DNA of 64,000 nucleotides from Clostridia bacterium (GCA_045600705.1 JAZRYL010000042.1:45507-109506); one strand, 5' to 3'; positions 10,082 to 20,768 are shown, numbered from the stretch's first letter. Notes: a model not told the origin generated them from the letters alone. A program made the numbers and translations.

Positions 10082-11275
10082 ATGAAAAAATTTGTATCTT
10101 TATTTCTTGCCTTAACGATGTTCGTAGCAGTATTCGCAACATTAGGTTTGACAGTAGGCGCTACTTCGGAAATTCAGTATTCCGATCACATGCAGGGCGC
10201 AACCCGTTATGAAATCACAGACAGCTCCATTGCTTGGGTTAAACAGGCAACCGGCGCTCTTATCTGGGTATACGGCGACGACACTCGCACAAAAGCAGAA
10301 ATCGTTGCTCAGGCTAAAAACGCAGACCCCTCACTTAAGAATGCTTGCAACGCATTTGAAGTTTTGAGAGGCGTTGGTATTAAGTACACACCCAATGCAA
10401 ACGGTTCAAAAACTAAGGTTACAGTTGCTGAAGAAGACGGAAAACTTTATATGATTCTCGGCGGAAACTACAGCCACTTCGTAAAAGGTGACGGCGGCAA
10501 AGCAGTTGCTCCCACACCTGTTCCTACAGCAGTTCCCACAGCAGCTCCTACAGCAGCTCCCACTGCTACACCTGCTCCCGGTACCACAGCAGAACCTACA
10601 GCAGTTCCCACTGCTACACCTGCTCCCACAGCAGCTCCCGTAGTTCCTGAAACTCCCGCTACCGGCGAAACAATCAACATCAGAATCGATACCGCTAAGA
10701 AAATGGCAGTTAGATTTGAAGACGGTAACGTTTATTACAACGGCGACCTTAAGGAAATCGAAATCGGTAAAGAATATCTTTTCCAGATCTGCTCAGTAAA
10801 CTGGGAAAACGGCATCTACGACGATGAAGGCAACGGCCTTTGCGGTACAGTTGTTTACAGAATGAAAGTCGTTCATGAAAAAGAATTCAAGACCATCAGA
10901 GAAATCGCTCTTCAGAACCCCGAAAGATACACCGTTAAGGGTATGGATATCATCGATAACCTTAACAAAGTAATCATCATTAACTGCGACGCTGAAAACT
11001 TCCATCTTGAAACAGACGTTAACAACTTCTTCATGGCTTATCGCTTCCACTTTGAAAAGGGCGACTACAACAAGCAGACCGGTATCAAGAACGTTGTTAA
11101 TCCTACCGAAAGCCTTTCGGTAAACCTTCCTCTTGGAACAACAGTTACTGCTGATGCTTATGCAAAGTTCTCAAAGATTGCTTCTGCTGCTATCCTTGTT
11201 GAAAACAACAACGGCACAGGCGTTTATGAAAACGTATATCTTACAAGCGTAAACGATTATACTTGGAACTACTAA
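10082..11275 (+). CDS. Secreted protein with a Pro/Thr/Ala-rich linker. Function unknown; possibly surface-associated or an adhesin.
   Basis: Signal peptide MKKFVSLFLALTMFVAVFATLG; a PT-rich low-complexity linker (APTPVPTAVPTAAPTAAPTATPAP...); RBS ggagag upstream. Confidence 0.6.
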   Translation: MKKFVSLFLALTMFVAVFATLGLTVGATSEIQYSDHMQGATRYEITDSSIAWVKQATGALIWVYGDDTRTKAEIVAQAKNADPSLKNACNAFEVLRGVGIKYTPNANGSKTKVTVAEEDGKLYMILGGNYSHFVKGDGGKAVAPTPVPTAVPTAAPTAAPTATPAPGTTAEPTAVPTATPAPTAAPVVPETPATGETINIRIDTAKKMAVRFEDGNVYYNGDLKEIEIGKEYLFQICSVNWENGIYDDEGNGLCGTVVYRMKVVHEKEFKTIREIALQNPERYTVKGMDIIDNLNKVIIINCDAENFHLETDVNNFFMAYRFHFEKGDYNKQTGIKNVVNPTESLSVNLPLGTTVTADAYAKFSKIASAAILVENNNGTGVYENVYLTSVNDYTWNY

Positions 11276-11348
11276 TATCTGTTTCTTATCGTAAAAAGAA
11301 CATCTAAACCCATGTGGATATCTTAGGATTTATCTTGTATGAATAATC

Positions 11349-11394
11349 GGCCACACAGGTACACAGTTCTTGTGTGCCTGTGGCTGATTTTTTT
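11349..11394 (+). terminator. Rho-independent terminator.
   Basis: Stem ggccacacaggtacac...gtgtgcctgtggc followed by tttttttt. Confidence 0.65.
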
Positions 11395-11482
11395 CACCGA
11401 ATAAAATCAGAATATTACAGTTGTGTTACACAACGTGAAAAAACATAAAAATTAACGTATTTTATTGAAATGTGGTGCTTTT

Positions 11483-13024
11483 ATGGACGGATTTAAGAAA
11501 TCACTTTTTGGCGGATATAAAAAGAAAGCCGTTGATAACGCTATGAACGAAATCAACGAAAAACTTAAAGATTGCCAGAACGACAACATATATCTTAAAA
11601 GAACTTCCGAGGAGTCTATTTCGAGAGCAACCGAACTTGAAAAGAAACTTCAGGAGTTAAGCGCAGAGAATATCAGACTTCAAAGCGAAACCGACAAGTT
11701 CAAAAATGAGCAGGAATGGTACAAAATCGAAACCGAAAGAGCCCGTAACGAACAGAATGCCATTAGGTCCGAAAAGGAAAGATTCGTTCAGGAACGTGAG
11801 AAATTTGCTCAGGAATTGGAACTTTGCAGACAGGAATTGCAGAACAACAAGCAAGAACTTGCCAAAGCAAAGCAGGACCTTGCACAGGCAAAGCAGGAAC
11901 AGTATTCACGTCCTGCTGAGCGTTCCGAAAACGTGGACGTATATAAGAATATTGAAAAGATTTACAGACGTGCTTACGGTACCGGCCACGAAATCGTTGC
12001 AGAGTCAAAAGAAGTTGCTCAGGAAATGCTCACAAAGGTTGATGAACGTTTCGATAAGACTATGGGCGACTCCACACAGATTGTAAACGATTACCAGGCA
12101 ATTTATGAGGACCTTGAAAAGCTTATTACCGCACTTTCGGCAGATATTTCCTGCGTGCAGAAAAATGCTGATGTGGTAATGAAAAAGGCACAGACGTTCT
12201 TGGGTGTTTATGACGAACTCGGAAGCGTTGTAAAAGCCGCTAAAACAAAGAACGAGGATATGCTTGCAATTTACGAATCGGATATCTCCGAATTTGTTGA
12301 CAGTTGTGCCGTTCAGGCAAAACTTCAGAGCCAGACAGAAACATCCGATTCAACACAGAACGAAGCTGAAAAGCCCGTTGAAACAGTTGAAGCATTTGCC
12401 GAGCAGACCTTGAACGTTGCCGAAAACAATGCTGAAACGGCTCCCGAATCATTTGAACAGAGCAATTTCAGAGTAATTCCGGCACATATTCCGTACGAAA
12501 GCGAACCCGTTCGCCGTGCGGATACCGAATTTAACAATACTCCCGCTTATGCGACAAACGTAAACAATGCACCCGTATATACCGCACATGCAACACCTGT
12601 TTACAGTGCGCCTGCATACACAACGCCGGTAAATAATGCGCCTGCATACGCAGTACCCGCAGCACCGGCAAATAATACACCTGCATACACTGCACCCGCA
12701 ACGCCGGTAAATAATGCGCCTGCTTATACCGAAAATGCTGATTCCACCGTTAATACGGCAGAAAATGTAGCGGCAAATGCGGCAGTAATCAATGCGGTAC
12801 GCATGGCAGTTGCCGATAACAACACACAGGAATCACCTGCACAGAGCGCGGCAGATACCGCTGCACAGAGCGCAGCACCTGCAAATCAGCCGGCTTCTCA
12901 GCCGAGCGCAAACAACAATGCCCGCAGTACTGACTTTACACAGTTCGGCAGAAAGAGCCGTGTTTCCTCAGAGGAACGCAGTGAACTGCTCAGAAAGGCA
13001 CTGCTTAAAAACGGCGGCAGGTAA
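11483..13024 (+). CDS. DivIVA-domain coiled-coil protein with a C-terminal Ala/Pro/Thr/Tyr-rich low-complexity tail.
   Basis: N-terminus MDGFKKSLFGGYKKKAVDNAMNEI matches the DivIVA N-terminal motif. A long heptad-rich coiled coil follows (ELEKKLQELSAENIRLQ...), then degenerate 'NAPAYT/ATPV' repeats. The ORF could also start at 11465. Confidence 0.55.
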   Translation: MDGFKKSLFGGYKKKAVDNAMNEINEKLKDCQNDNIYLKRTSEESISRATELEKKLQELSAENIRLQSETDKFKNEQEWYKIETERARNEQNAIRSEKERFVQEREKFAQELELCRQELQNNKQELAKAKQDLAQAKQEQYSRPAERSENVDVYKNIEKIYRRAYGTGHEIVAESKEVAQEMLTKVDERFDKTMGDSTQIVNDYQAIYEDLEKLITALSADISCVQKNADVVMKKAQTFLGVYDELGSVVKAAKTKNEDMLAIYESDISEFVDSCAVQAKLQSQTETSDSTQNEAEKPVETVEAFAEQTLNVAENNAETAPESFEQSNFRVIPAHIPYESEPVRRADTEFNNTPAYATNVNNAPVYTAHATPVYSAPAYTTPVNNAPAYAVPAAPANNTPAYTAPATPVNNAPAYTENADSTVNTAENVAANAAVINAVRMAVADNNTQESPAQSAADTAAQSAAPANQPASQPSANNNARSTDFTQFGRKSRVSSEERSELLRKALLKNGGR

Positions 13025-13047
13025 TAAAAAAGCCGTTTTTCAAAAAA

Positions 13048-13167
13048 AGTAAAAAGGCAAAACACGTGAAAGCGTGTGACGCAAAGTTGTGAATCTAAAA
13101 CCGAAAGGTCATGATAGTCAAACTGCACTAATAAAGGGTTACTATACTTTATTTGTGCAGTTTTTTC
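13048..13167 (+). ncRNA. Candidate c-di-GMP-I (GEMM) riboswitch with an intrinsic terminator, upstream of the operon that starts at 13203.
   Basis: GGCAAAAC, then an ACACGU-GAAA-GCGUGU GNRA hairpin, then GACGCAAAGUU, then a hairpin with AUCUAAAACC. This is followed by the terminator ctgcac...gtgcag plus tttttt at 13123-13167. Confidence 0.55.
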
Positions 13168-13202
13168 TATTTTTCTGAACTGAAAAGGAGTTTTTTTGCA
13201 TT

Positions 13203-13874
13203 ATGGAAAAAGCAAAACTGTTTTTTCAAAAGGCATTCAAAAGAACAAAAGCAATCGGATTGGTATTGGTGCTTGTGATGCTTACGGGAATGCTTTGTTC
13301 GTGTAACAATGTAAATCCCAATGTCGGCACCGATAAAGAAGAAACGAACAAAAACAATTACACTTCGTCCACATCAAAGGTTGATAAATCGGTTCCGGAA
13401 TATGTCAACGGCGACGACCTTGCCAACCGCAGTTACGAATTAAGTTTTTTGCTTGCGCAAAAGAAGTTCAATTCGCCCAATGAAATAGGTGTAAATGCAC
13501 TTGTACAGTATTCGTTCTGTCACCTTTACTACGATAATTTGATTGAAATTCCCACCAACGGAACTCAGTTGAGAACGGCTACCGTGGATGAAATGGCGGA
13601 TGAAATCAAAAAGGAATTCGGTGACGTTACCACGGATATAAAGACTTCCGATTTGTACAACGGAGCGAAAAACTGCTTCGAAATGTGGGAACCGCCCTAC
13701 GGCAGAGATATTTACTACGATGTTGAAGTATCGGGACAGGGAAACGACACATACAAAGCGAACACAACGTTCTATACGGATTCAACAAAAGAAGAAATTC
13801 TCGGAAGAACGATTTTAACGGTTAAAGACGTAAATCAAAAAATGGTAATACAAAGATTAACATCAAGTAATTAA
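13203..13874 (+). CDS. Putative secreted protein or lipoprotein of unknown function.
   Basis: N-terminus MEKAKLFFQKAFKRTKAIGLVLVLVMLTGMLCSC with Cys shortly after the hydrophobic segment. It is the first gene downstream of riboswitch candidate #2. Confidence 0.5.
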   Translation: MEKAKLFFQKAFKRTKAIGLVLVLVMLTGMLCSCNNVNPNVGTDKEETNKNNYTSSTSKVDKSVPEYVNGDDLANRSYELSFLLAQKKFNSPNEIGVNALVQYSFCHLYYDNLIEIPTNGTQLRTATVDEMADEIKKEFGDVTTDIKTSDLYNGAKNCFEMWEPPYGRDIYYDVEVSGQGNDTYKANTTFYTDSTKEEILGRTILTVKDVNQKMVIQRLTSSN

Positions 13875-13889
13875 ACGAGGTGCGAAACA

Positions 13890-14090
13890 ATGGATGAGTA
13901 TTTATCAATAGAAGAATTAAAGAAAGAAAACCAGGAATTAAAGAACCTGCTTGCAAAAATTCTTAAAGCATACGACCTTGTAAGTGACGAACTTGAAGAG
14001 TATAAAATAAAGATTATGACTCAGCAGAACGCAACCGTAAGCAGTACGGACGACGTTAAAAAACTTTTGGAAAAGTATTCTCGCTTGTAA
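13890..14090 (+). CDS. Small coiled-coil protein (66 aa), unknown function.
   Basis: RBS gaggtg; heptad-rich sequence EELKKENQELKNLLAKILKAY; tightly spaced within the operon. Confidence 0.4.
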   Translation: MDEYLSIEELKKENQELKNLLAKILKAYDLVSDELEEYKIKIMTQQNATVSSTDDVKKLLEKYSRL

Positions 14091-14102
14091 GGTGAAAAAC
14101 TA

Positions 14103-16334
14103 ATGAATAATGACGGACAGTTTTTGCAAAAATTAAAAGAATTCGGAAGCAAAATCAAAAAACAGGGCGACACTCTGATTTATTTTGAACTTGCGGTAGT
14201 TTTGACGGTAATAATCGTTGCCGTAAACTATATGTTCCAATATACCGAGAATAAGATTTCAAACGCCAAATCGATAAAAGCGTGGGAATACGTTTACACC
14301 GACAGTGAAGACGAAAAATTCAACGGCGATTTGAGAAATGCCAATAACCTTGTTCCTATGGAAAAGGAAAAGCTTGGCTCCTATCTTCACGTTAAAGCGA
14401 AAATCGATGCGTCAGACAATGACAGAACACTTATCGTTAATACGGACTATGCACCGATCAAAATAATTTTGAACGGCAAGGAAAGATACAATAACTACTA
14501 CGGAAAAGCAGATTACGTGGGAAATTCGTACAATGCGATAAAAATTCCCGCTTCCTCTTCACCTACGGAAATACGTATTTCGGCACGTCTTCCGTTCTCC
14601 ACTACGTTCACTATGCAGACGGTGGAGGGTGTGGCTCACCCCGACTTTTCGGTGGATGTACACATTATTTTTTCGGCGGTTGTAATCCTGCTTAGCATCG
14701 GATTTTTCGTATTTTCCGCAGTTATTAAGTCCGTTAAGCATAAAAAAATTAAATTTATCGCCGTGTTTGCGGCAATACTTGTTTACGGCATCGCTACGGC
14801 AGCTAAAGCGCTGACGCAGGATACCTATTACGTAAATATGCCGAATTTCTATAACATTTCAGTGGCACTTGAAAACGTAAGTTTGGCTATTATTATGTTC
14901 ATTTCGGCACGGCTTGTTTCAATGAAAAATAAGACTGTTTATGTGCTAATATTCGTCGATATTCTTGCAGCCGCGGCAACCTGCATCTTCACAAACCTGT
15001 GGATAGCAAGAATTTCGTTCATCGCTTCGGATATTCTTATACTGGGCACGCTTCTTTTGATGGTAAAAGAAAACTATCCTATGCTTGACAGACGTGTTCA
15101 GTACGCCAAAATCACATATCTTATGCTTCTTGCTTCGGTGATGATCCATGTTCTCTGCGGTATTATGATGAATACCGTGAGACTCAGAGTAACTTATTAT
15201 TACTGCCAGAATATTATGATGGTCGTATTCCTGTGCTATAACGTATTCGCTCAGATTGAAAAGACCATTGAATTCACCAATCCGGAAGAAATACAGCAAA
15301 AAATCAATCAGTACAATCTGTTTGTTGAAAAAGTTGCCGAACTGATTAAGAATATCATGGCGGTTAATACGGAAAACGAAATCTGCCGTGAGGCTTGCGA
15401 AGGTATTAGTTCTCTTTGCCATGAGATGGGCAAGTTCGATGATGAAAATGAACTGACCGTTACCGCTTTAATTAAGGAAAACGGCGAGTACAGTACCATG
15501 TACAGTATCGGTAATCCCGGAACAATAAACCCCTTTGTTGTGGAAAACCGCTGTCTTCTTGAAGAAAAGTTCTGCATTTATAACGAAACTTACTTCGATA
15601 TGGTTTTCGTTACAGAAAATGACTTCCATATTATTGTTCACGTTGAAAACGTCAAGGACGGACTTGATAATTTCTTCATCAGCATTATGGACACGATTTT
15701 CAGTTGCGTTCGTGCAAAATACATTCGTATGACAGAAGAAGACGTTGACTGCATTGATGCAGATATGCAAATATTCGTAGACCTTGCCGAAAACTGTGAA
15801 AGCGGTACGGCGGACAACAACGAACACCTCGGATCCGTTTGCTTCTATACCAAAACGATTATGGAACAAATGGGTTATCCCGAAGAAATTTGCGAAATCG
15901 TTTCAAAAGCCGCAATGCTTCACGATATCGGAAAAATCGCAATTCCTTTGGAAATCGGCTCAAAGGGCGCTCTGCTTAACGAGGAGGAGCGCACCATTAT
16001 GAAAAAACACACCGACTTCGGATATTCACTTTTGTCGGTGTTCGACAGTGACTTCCTTATGGTCGCTTCCATGATTGCAAAGCACCACCACGAAAAGTAT
16101 GACGGAACCGGCTATGCGGGCATCAAGGGCGAGGATATCAACGAATTCGCACGTATCGTATCCGTTTCCGACGTTATGGACGCACTTATGGCAAAGCGTT
16201 CGTATAAAGACCCGTGGCCCTTTGAAAAGGTTATGGATTATATTAAAGCAGGTTCGGGCAAAATGTTCGACCCCAAGGTAGTAGAAGCAACTCTTGCCTG
16301 CACGGAGATATTCAGAAGTAACACAGAAAAATAA
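14103..16334 (+). CDS. 7TM-receptor (7TMR-DISM-like) membrane sensor with a C-terminal HD-GYP domain; a c-di-GMP phosphodiesterase candidate.
   Basis: One N-terminal TM, an extracytoplasmic domain of about 150 aa, then about 7 TM helices, a cytoplasmic linker, and an HD-GYP domain (HDIGKIAIP ... KHHHEKYDGTGYAG, a GYA variant of GYP). Confidence 0.65.
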   Translation: MNNDGQFLQKLKEFGSKIKKQGDTLIYFELAVVLTVIIVAVNYMFQYTENKISNAKSIKAWEYVYTDSEDEKFNGDLRNANNLVPMEKEKLGSYLHVKAKIDASDNDRTLIVNTDYAPIKIILNGKERYNNYYGKADYVGNSYNAIKIPASSSPTEIRISARLPFSTTFTMQTVEGVAHPDFSVDVHIIFSAVVILLSIGFFVFSAVIKSVKHKKIKFIAVFAAILVYGIATAAKALTQDTYYVNMPNFYNISVALENVSLAIIMFISARLVSMKNKTVYVLIFVDILAAAATCIFTNLWIARISFIASDILILGTLLLMVKENYPMLDRRVQYAKITYLMLLASVMIHVLCGIMMNTVRLRVTYYYCQNIMMVVFLCYNVFAQIEKTIEFTNPEEIQQKINQYNLFVEKVAELIKNIMAVNTENEICREACEGISSLCHEMGKFDDENELTVTALIKENGEYSTMYSIGNPGTINPFVVENRCLLEEKFCIYNETYFDMVFVTENDFHIIVHVENVKDGLDNFFISIMDTIFSCVRAKYIRMTEEDVDCIDADMQIFVDLAENCESGTADNNEHLGSVCFYTKTIMEQMGYPEEICEIVSKAAMLHDIGKIAIPLEIGSKGALLNEEERTIMKKHTDFGYSLLSVFDSDFLMVASMIAKHHHEKYDGTGYAGIKGEDINEFARIVSVSDVMDALMAKRSYKDPWPFEKVMDYIKAGSGKMFDPKVVEATLACTEIFRSNTEK

Positions 16335-16353
16335 TAAGTAATGCTACGGAGAA

Positions 16354-19300
16354 TTGATAATGGATGAAAATTTGAATGGCAATCAGCCGGAATTCACCGC
16401 TTCGACGGACGAAAACGGCGTTGCACCGATAAATGAGCAGACCGCTGAAGGTTTTTCTGCTGAGAACGAGCAGACCGCAGAAGGTCTTTCCGCCGATGGC
16501 GAGCAGGTAGCCGAAAACGGTGTTCCTGCCGATGGCGAACAGGCAGCAAACGGCGTCAATCTTGCGGGAATGCAGGAAAACACCTCCGACCAGGTTGCGT
16601 TCAATCCGGAAGCGGAGCAGGAAAAGAAAACCGAAGATAAGGTGGCAAATGCCAAAAAGCATAAAAAGACCAAGTGGTTTTTTATAATTCCCTTGATATT
16701 TCTTATTCTTATTTCGTTACTGTTCATCATTTGGCAGATAAGTCCCAAAAAGGGTATGAACGTATGCGTTCTTGACAAAACAATACTGACCGTTGAGGAA
16801 AACAACGATATCAATATTGATTCTGTTTACAGAAAGCATCAAGGACTGTTCTGGCTGCTTGAACAGCAGAAGTACGTTTTCCAGAACGGTGACTTCTATG
16901 ATACAAAGCAGGACTATTTCGGACCTATTCTTGACGAAGAAGGTCAGATAAAAGAGGAAAGAGCCCTTAAAGACCTTGATTATGAGCCGGATTTGATGTA
17001 TGTTTCCGACGTGTACGGCGCAGTAAACGACACCTACGGCTATTACGACAAGAACGACGCCAAAAATGCGGGTGTAACTGTCGATGAAATGTCGGTTATT
17101 TCCTACGCATACGAGAGCAATGCCACAATCGTTGCGGAAATGGAACTTTTCAATTCCAACTTGAACAGTTCAATCCACTCTCAGCTTGCGAGTCTTTGCG
17201 GCGTTAAGCCCACCGGCTGGGTAGGAAGATACATTTACGATTTGCAGGATTTCACCGACGTTCCCGACTGGGCTCCTCCCATGTACGAACAGCAGGAAGG
17301 TGTTGAGTGGCAGTTCTCAGGCCCCGGAATTTTGCTTGTTTCCGATGAAAAAATCATCATTCTTGAGCAGAAAACCGACTTTGAATCACGAAATCTTTTG
17401 CAGATTTTCATAACAGACGAATACAAAAAAGAATTTAAGCACTGTGACCGTGTTAATTTCTATAACTGGTTCGAAATCGTAGAGCCGGTGGGAAATACTG
17501 AGGTTATTGCAAACTTTGAATTCGATGTAAACGCAACCGGTATGGAAAAACTTAAAGGCGTGCTCAGGTCGCCTGTATTCTGTGCCGCAACACGCAAGGT
17601 AAGTACGGGAAAGGCTCCCGTTTACTACTTTGCCGCCGACTTTAACGATTACGTTTCGCATCTTAACTACAACAGATTTATGTTTGCAAACACGGTTTAC
17701 AGATGGATAGCATTTGACCGTCAGGGCGATATTACCAACTTCTATTGGAACTTCTATGACCCGCTGATGACGAAAATTCTTTCCTATGTGAACACCCGTG
17801 AAATTATCAAAAATCCCGACGAAAACGCCGCTAATGTTGACAGAACAACGCATTTCAGCGTAAGCGACAACGGATTCAGAATAAAGGGCGAAGACGATTG
17901 GGAAAAAATATCGTTTAATGCGGTAAGCATAAACGCCCACGAACCGGGCAAGAGTACCTATTCACGAAATTACGGTTTTTACGAAAACCTTGTCCGTGAA
18001 ACGGTTACAATGGGTGCGAACTGTATTTACGCAAAGGATATTCTTCCGCCCGAGTTTTACCGTGCAATATACGCAAACAATTCTTCCGAAAAAGCAAAAA
18101 AGGTGTACTTGATACAAAACATCACTCCTCCGGACGAAATTTCTCAGGAGGAATGGCAGAAAAAAGCGGAAGCGGCAGTTAATGTTCTTAACGGAAAAGG
18201 CTCTTATTCCATCGGAAACACCGACGACGCAATAAGATACTTCATTGACACTTCCAACTTCGTTGCGGCGATAACCTTCGACGGCTTCGACCCGCAGCAG
18301 CAACTTTCATATAGCGGTGAGTTCGCTTCCGGCGAAGGTCAGACCGGCTATCCTGCGTTTATTTACGATACTATTCAAAAGTACGCCAAGGACGAATTCG
18401 ATATGCAGGTTCCCATCGGAATAAATCTTCCGGCAGGGCTTGTTAAGGGAACCGGACTTGAGGGCGAAAACGCAATAAGCATCAGCGATATTATCACTGA
18501 CAGCGAATGTAAAAACAATTATTCCTTTACGGTTATTTCATATAAGGACACTAACGGACTTGTTACCGAGCAGGGCGAAAAAATCACTACTGACGGTGAC
18601 AAAATGGGTGGCGCATTCGCACTTTTCCGTGAGGCCACAAACGGACGCTATATGGTAAATAACATCGTGTTCTCGGCAAATTGCGGAACGGGTAACGACG
18701 ATAAAGTAACCGAAAAGCAACAAGGTCAGCAGACGGTTGCCGCATTAAGAATGGCAAAGGGCTCCGGCGCACTGTGTGCGATTGCTTCCGACCTTAACGA
18801 CGACTGGTCGGAACTTTCCGATAGTATGTATGCGTTCACATCGCCTTTGGAAAACAACAGTATGTGGCAGAACGTGGCAGACCCTGCACAGACAACGGGC
18901 TTTATCGCACTCGACCCCGAAGAACCCGAAAAAGTCGGAATAAATATGACCGATGACGACCGTGTGCAGATGCTTTCACTGTCGTCCAACGAAGGATATT
19001 TCTATCTGACCGCACAGTTGCTTACGGATATTGACTACGAAAAAGAAAAACTGTTTATCGGTATCGACACATATCAGCGAAACGACGGTGAATACTACTA
19101 TTCAAAGGAATATACACCTACATCGCTTTCCGGAATGGAATTCGTGCTTGCCTTTGACAGTAAACAGCAGGCAGGGTTGTACGTTACTTCAACATACGAC
19201 AAAAAAGCGGGAAGATATGCTACAAAAGAAAGTTATACCGGTGATTACGGTCTTGTTTCGCAACTGACCTACGGCGGTTTCTCCTCGGTTGACAATCAGT

Positions 19301-19623
19301 TCTATCAGTCAGGTTCTACGATTTACATTCGTATTCCTTGGGCGTGGCTGAACGTTACCGACCCGTCACAGAAAATCGTTATCAACAACGACGGTGAAAT
19401 TTCCGGTCAGGCAAAAACGGTCACCACAAACGGTGCAGTCGTTTCCGTACTGATTGCAGATAAGCAAACAAAGGACCAGTTGTATCTGTTCCCCGAAACA
19501 AAACAGGAACCGTCCTACAAAACATACAAGTGGGCAACGTGGGAAAAGGTTTCCTATTCAATGAGAGAAAAAGAAAGTTTTACAATTCTTAAAAACTACT
19601 TCAGTAAAGAAAACGGTAATTAG
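16354..19623 (+). CDS. Large membrane-anchored extracytoplasmic protein (1089 aa). It is a paralog of the two downstream GH-like proteins and a putative polysaccharide-processing component.
   Basis: Acidic N-terminal tandem repeat (NEQTAEGFSAENEQTAEGLSADGEQVAENG...), one TM (WFFIIPLIFLILISLLFIIW), then a region homologous to genes 22178 and 24400 (e.g. ...GANCIYAKDILPPEFYRAIYAN...KVYLIQNI versus ...NANCVRIYTLMPPQFYQAL...NVYLFQGIW). It also shares the C-terminal motif IYIRIPWAWLNVTDPS. Confidence 0.55.
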   Translation: MIMDENLNGNQPEFTASTDENGVAPINEQTAEGFSAENEQTAEGLSADGEQVAENGVPADGEQAANGVNLAGMQENTSDQVAFNPEAEQEKKTEDKVANAKKHKKTKWFFIIPLIFLILISLLFIIWQISPKKGMNVCVLDKTILTVEENNDINIDSVYRKHQGLFWLLEQQKYVFQNGDFYDTKQDYFGPILDEEGQIKEERALKDLDYEPDLMYVSDVYGAVNDTYGYYDKNDAKNAGVTVDEMSVISYAYESNATIVAEMELFNSNLNSSIHSQLASLCGVKPTGWVGRYIYDLQDFTDVPDWAPPMYEQQEGVEWQFSGPGILLVSDEKIIILEQKTDFESRNLLQIFITDEYKKEFKHCDRVNFYNWFEIVEPVGNTEVIANFEFDVNATGMEKLKGVLRSPVFCAATRKVSTGKAPVYYFAADFNDYVSHLNYNRFMFANTVYRWIAFDRQGDITNFYWNFYDPLMTKILSYVNTREIIKNPDENAANVDRTTHFSVSDNGFRIKGEDDWEKISFNAVSINAHEPGKSTYSRNYGFYENLVRETVTMGANCIYAKDILPPEFYRAIYANNSSEKAKKVYLIQNITPPDEISQEEWQKKAEAAVNVLNGKGSYSIGNTDDAIRYFIDTSNFVAAITFDGFDPQQQLSYSGEFASGEGQTGYPAFIYDTIQKYAKDEFDMQVPIGINLPAGLVKGTGLEGENAISISDIITDSECKNNYSFTVISYKDTNGLVTEQGEKITTDGDKMGGAFALFREATNGRYMVNNIVFSANCGTGNDDKVTEKQQGQQTVAALRMAKGSGALCAIASDLNDDWSELSDSMYAFTSPLENNSMWQNVADPAQTTGFIALDPEEPEKVGINMTDDDRVQMLSLSSNEGYFYLTAQLLTDIDYEKEKLFIGIDTYQRNDGEYYYSKEYTPTSLSGMEFVLAFDSKQQAGLYVTSTYDKKAGRYATKESYTGDYGLVSQLTYGGFSSVDNQFYQSGSTIYIRIPWAWLNVTDPSQKIVINNDGEISGQAKTVTTNGAVVSVLIADKQTKDQLYLFPETKQEPSYKTYKWATWEKVSYSMREKESFTILKNYFSKENGN

Positions 19624-19640
19624 AAAACCGTCACAAAGGG

Positions 19641-20732
19641 GTGAATTTATTGCATTACGAGTTAATCGCAATTTTATGCGTTTTGTTCTGCCTGTTCATA
19701 CTTGCGCTGGAATATCTGTGGCTCGCCTCCCTTGCAAAAAGGCAGGAGGACGATGCGAAAAAGTACGATACCATTTCGCAAAAAGTGTACAGCATCGTTG
19801 AAGGAATTTTGTACAGTCCTTCCGAGGCAAGCAGAAAAAACGAAATAAAAGAACTTAAAAAAATAATGAAGGATGACGTTCGCACCTTTGAAATCATCAA
19901 TGCTCAGCTTTGCTTCTGGGACGAATACGGCGAAGATGATGCATTCGTGAACAAGCAGGAAGTCATTGATGCGGTTTACGAAGAACTTAAACCTATCGAA
20001 CTTTATGCAAAAATTCTTAAGAAAAAGGATAAGTATAAAATCGGTTACGCCTGCCGCCGACTTGCTGACTTCGATGCTTACGATTACCTTAACGACATTT
20101 ACGACCTTTCCAAATCAAAGAACCGTAACGTTTCGTACAGTGCGGCAATGGCACTTTCAAGACTCGGCTACACTGACGGCGTTGCCGAATACATTCTTGA
20201 CATTCAGGACGACAAAAAGTATTCCTGCCGTATCGTAAACGAAATTTTCGATACATTCAGTTCCGACCGTGCAGAACTTGCCGAAATTCTTTTGGAAAAA
20301 TGCAACAATTATATGAAAGCGGTTATTATCAAGGCCATTGCGGCATACAAGTTCGAACAGTTCGAAAAAATGTACATTGACGGAACGGTCAGCAAGGATA
20401 TGCAGATGCGTATTGCCTGCATTAAAGCCCTTGGCTATCTGGCAAAACGTGAAAACGAACACATTCTTGCAATTGCGGCAAAGGATAAGGACTGGGTAGT
20501 TCGCTGCGCCGCCATTGACGGACTGAAACGTCTTGATACCGTAACTGCAATCAACTGCGTTAAAGAAGGAGTCAAAGACAAGGAGTGGTGGGTTCGCCAG
20601 AATGCGGCACGTGCCCTTGCCGATATGAACGTAAACATTTCCGTAATCGAAGACATTTTGAGCGGATACGACAAATATGCTTCCGATGCGGCAAAATATG
20701 CACTTTACCGCCATGTAAACCTTAATCACTAA
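19641..20732 (+). CDS. Membrane-anchored HEAT-repeat (PBS-lyase-like) protein.
   Basis: N-terminal TM (LIAILCVLFCLFILALEYLWL), then HEAT-like repeats (DKDWVVRCAAIDGLKRL; EWWVRQNAARALADM). Confidence 0.55.
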   Translation: MNLLHYELIAILCVLFCLFILALEYLWLASLAKRQEDDAKKYDTISQKVYSIVEGILYSPSEASRKNEIKELKKIMKDDVRTFEIINAQLCFWDEYGEDDAFVNKQEVIDAVYEELKPIELYAKILKKKDKYKIGYACRRLADFDAYDYLNDIYDLSKSKNRNVSYSAAMALSRLGYTDGVAEYILDIQDDKKYSCRIVNEIFDTFSSDRAELAEILLEKCNNYMKAVIIKAIAAYKFEQFEKMYIDGTVSKDMQMRIACIKALGYLAKRENEHILAIAAKDKDWVVRCAAIDGLKRLDTVTAINCVKEGVKDKEWWVRQNAARALADMNVNISVIEDILSGYDKYASDAAKYALYRHVNLNH

Positions 20733-20768
20733 AGTATGATTCCACAATCATGGAAAGAATAGGTAACT

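Noticed and set aside
10468-10680. Minus-strand ORF encoding a Gly/Ala/Val-rich peptide.
   Set aside because: It is antisense to the Pro/Thr/Ala linker of the secreted protein, and is a compositional artefact.
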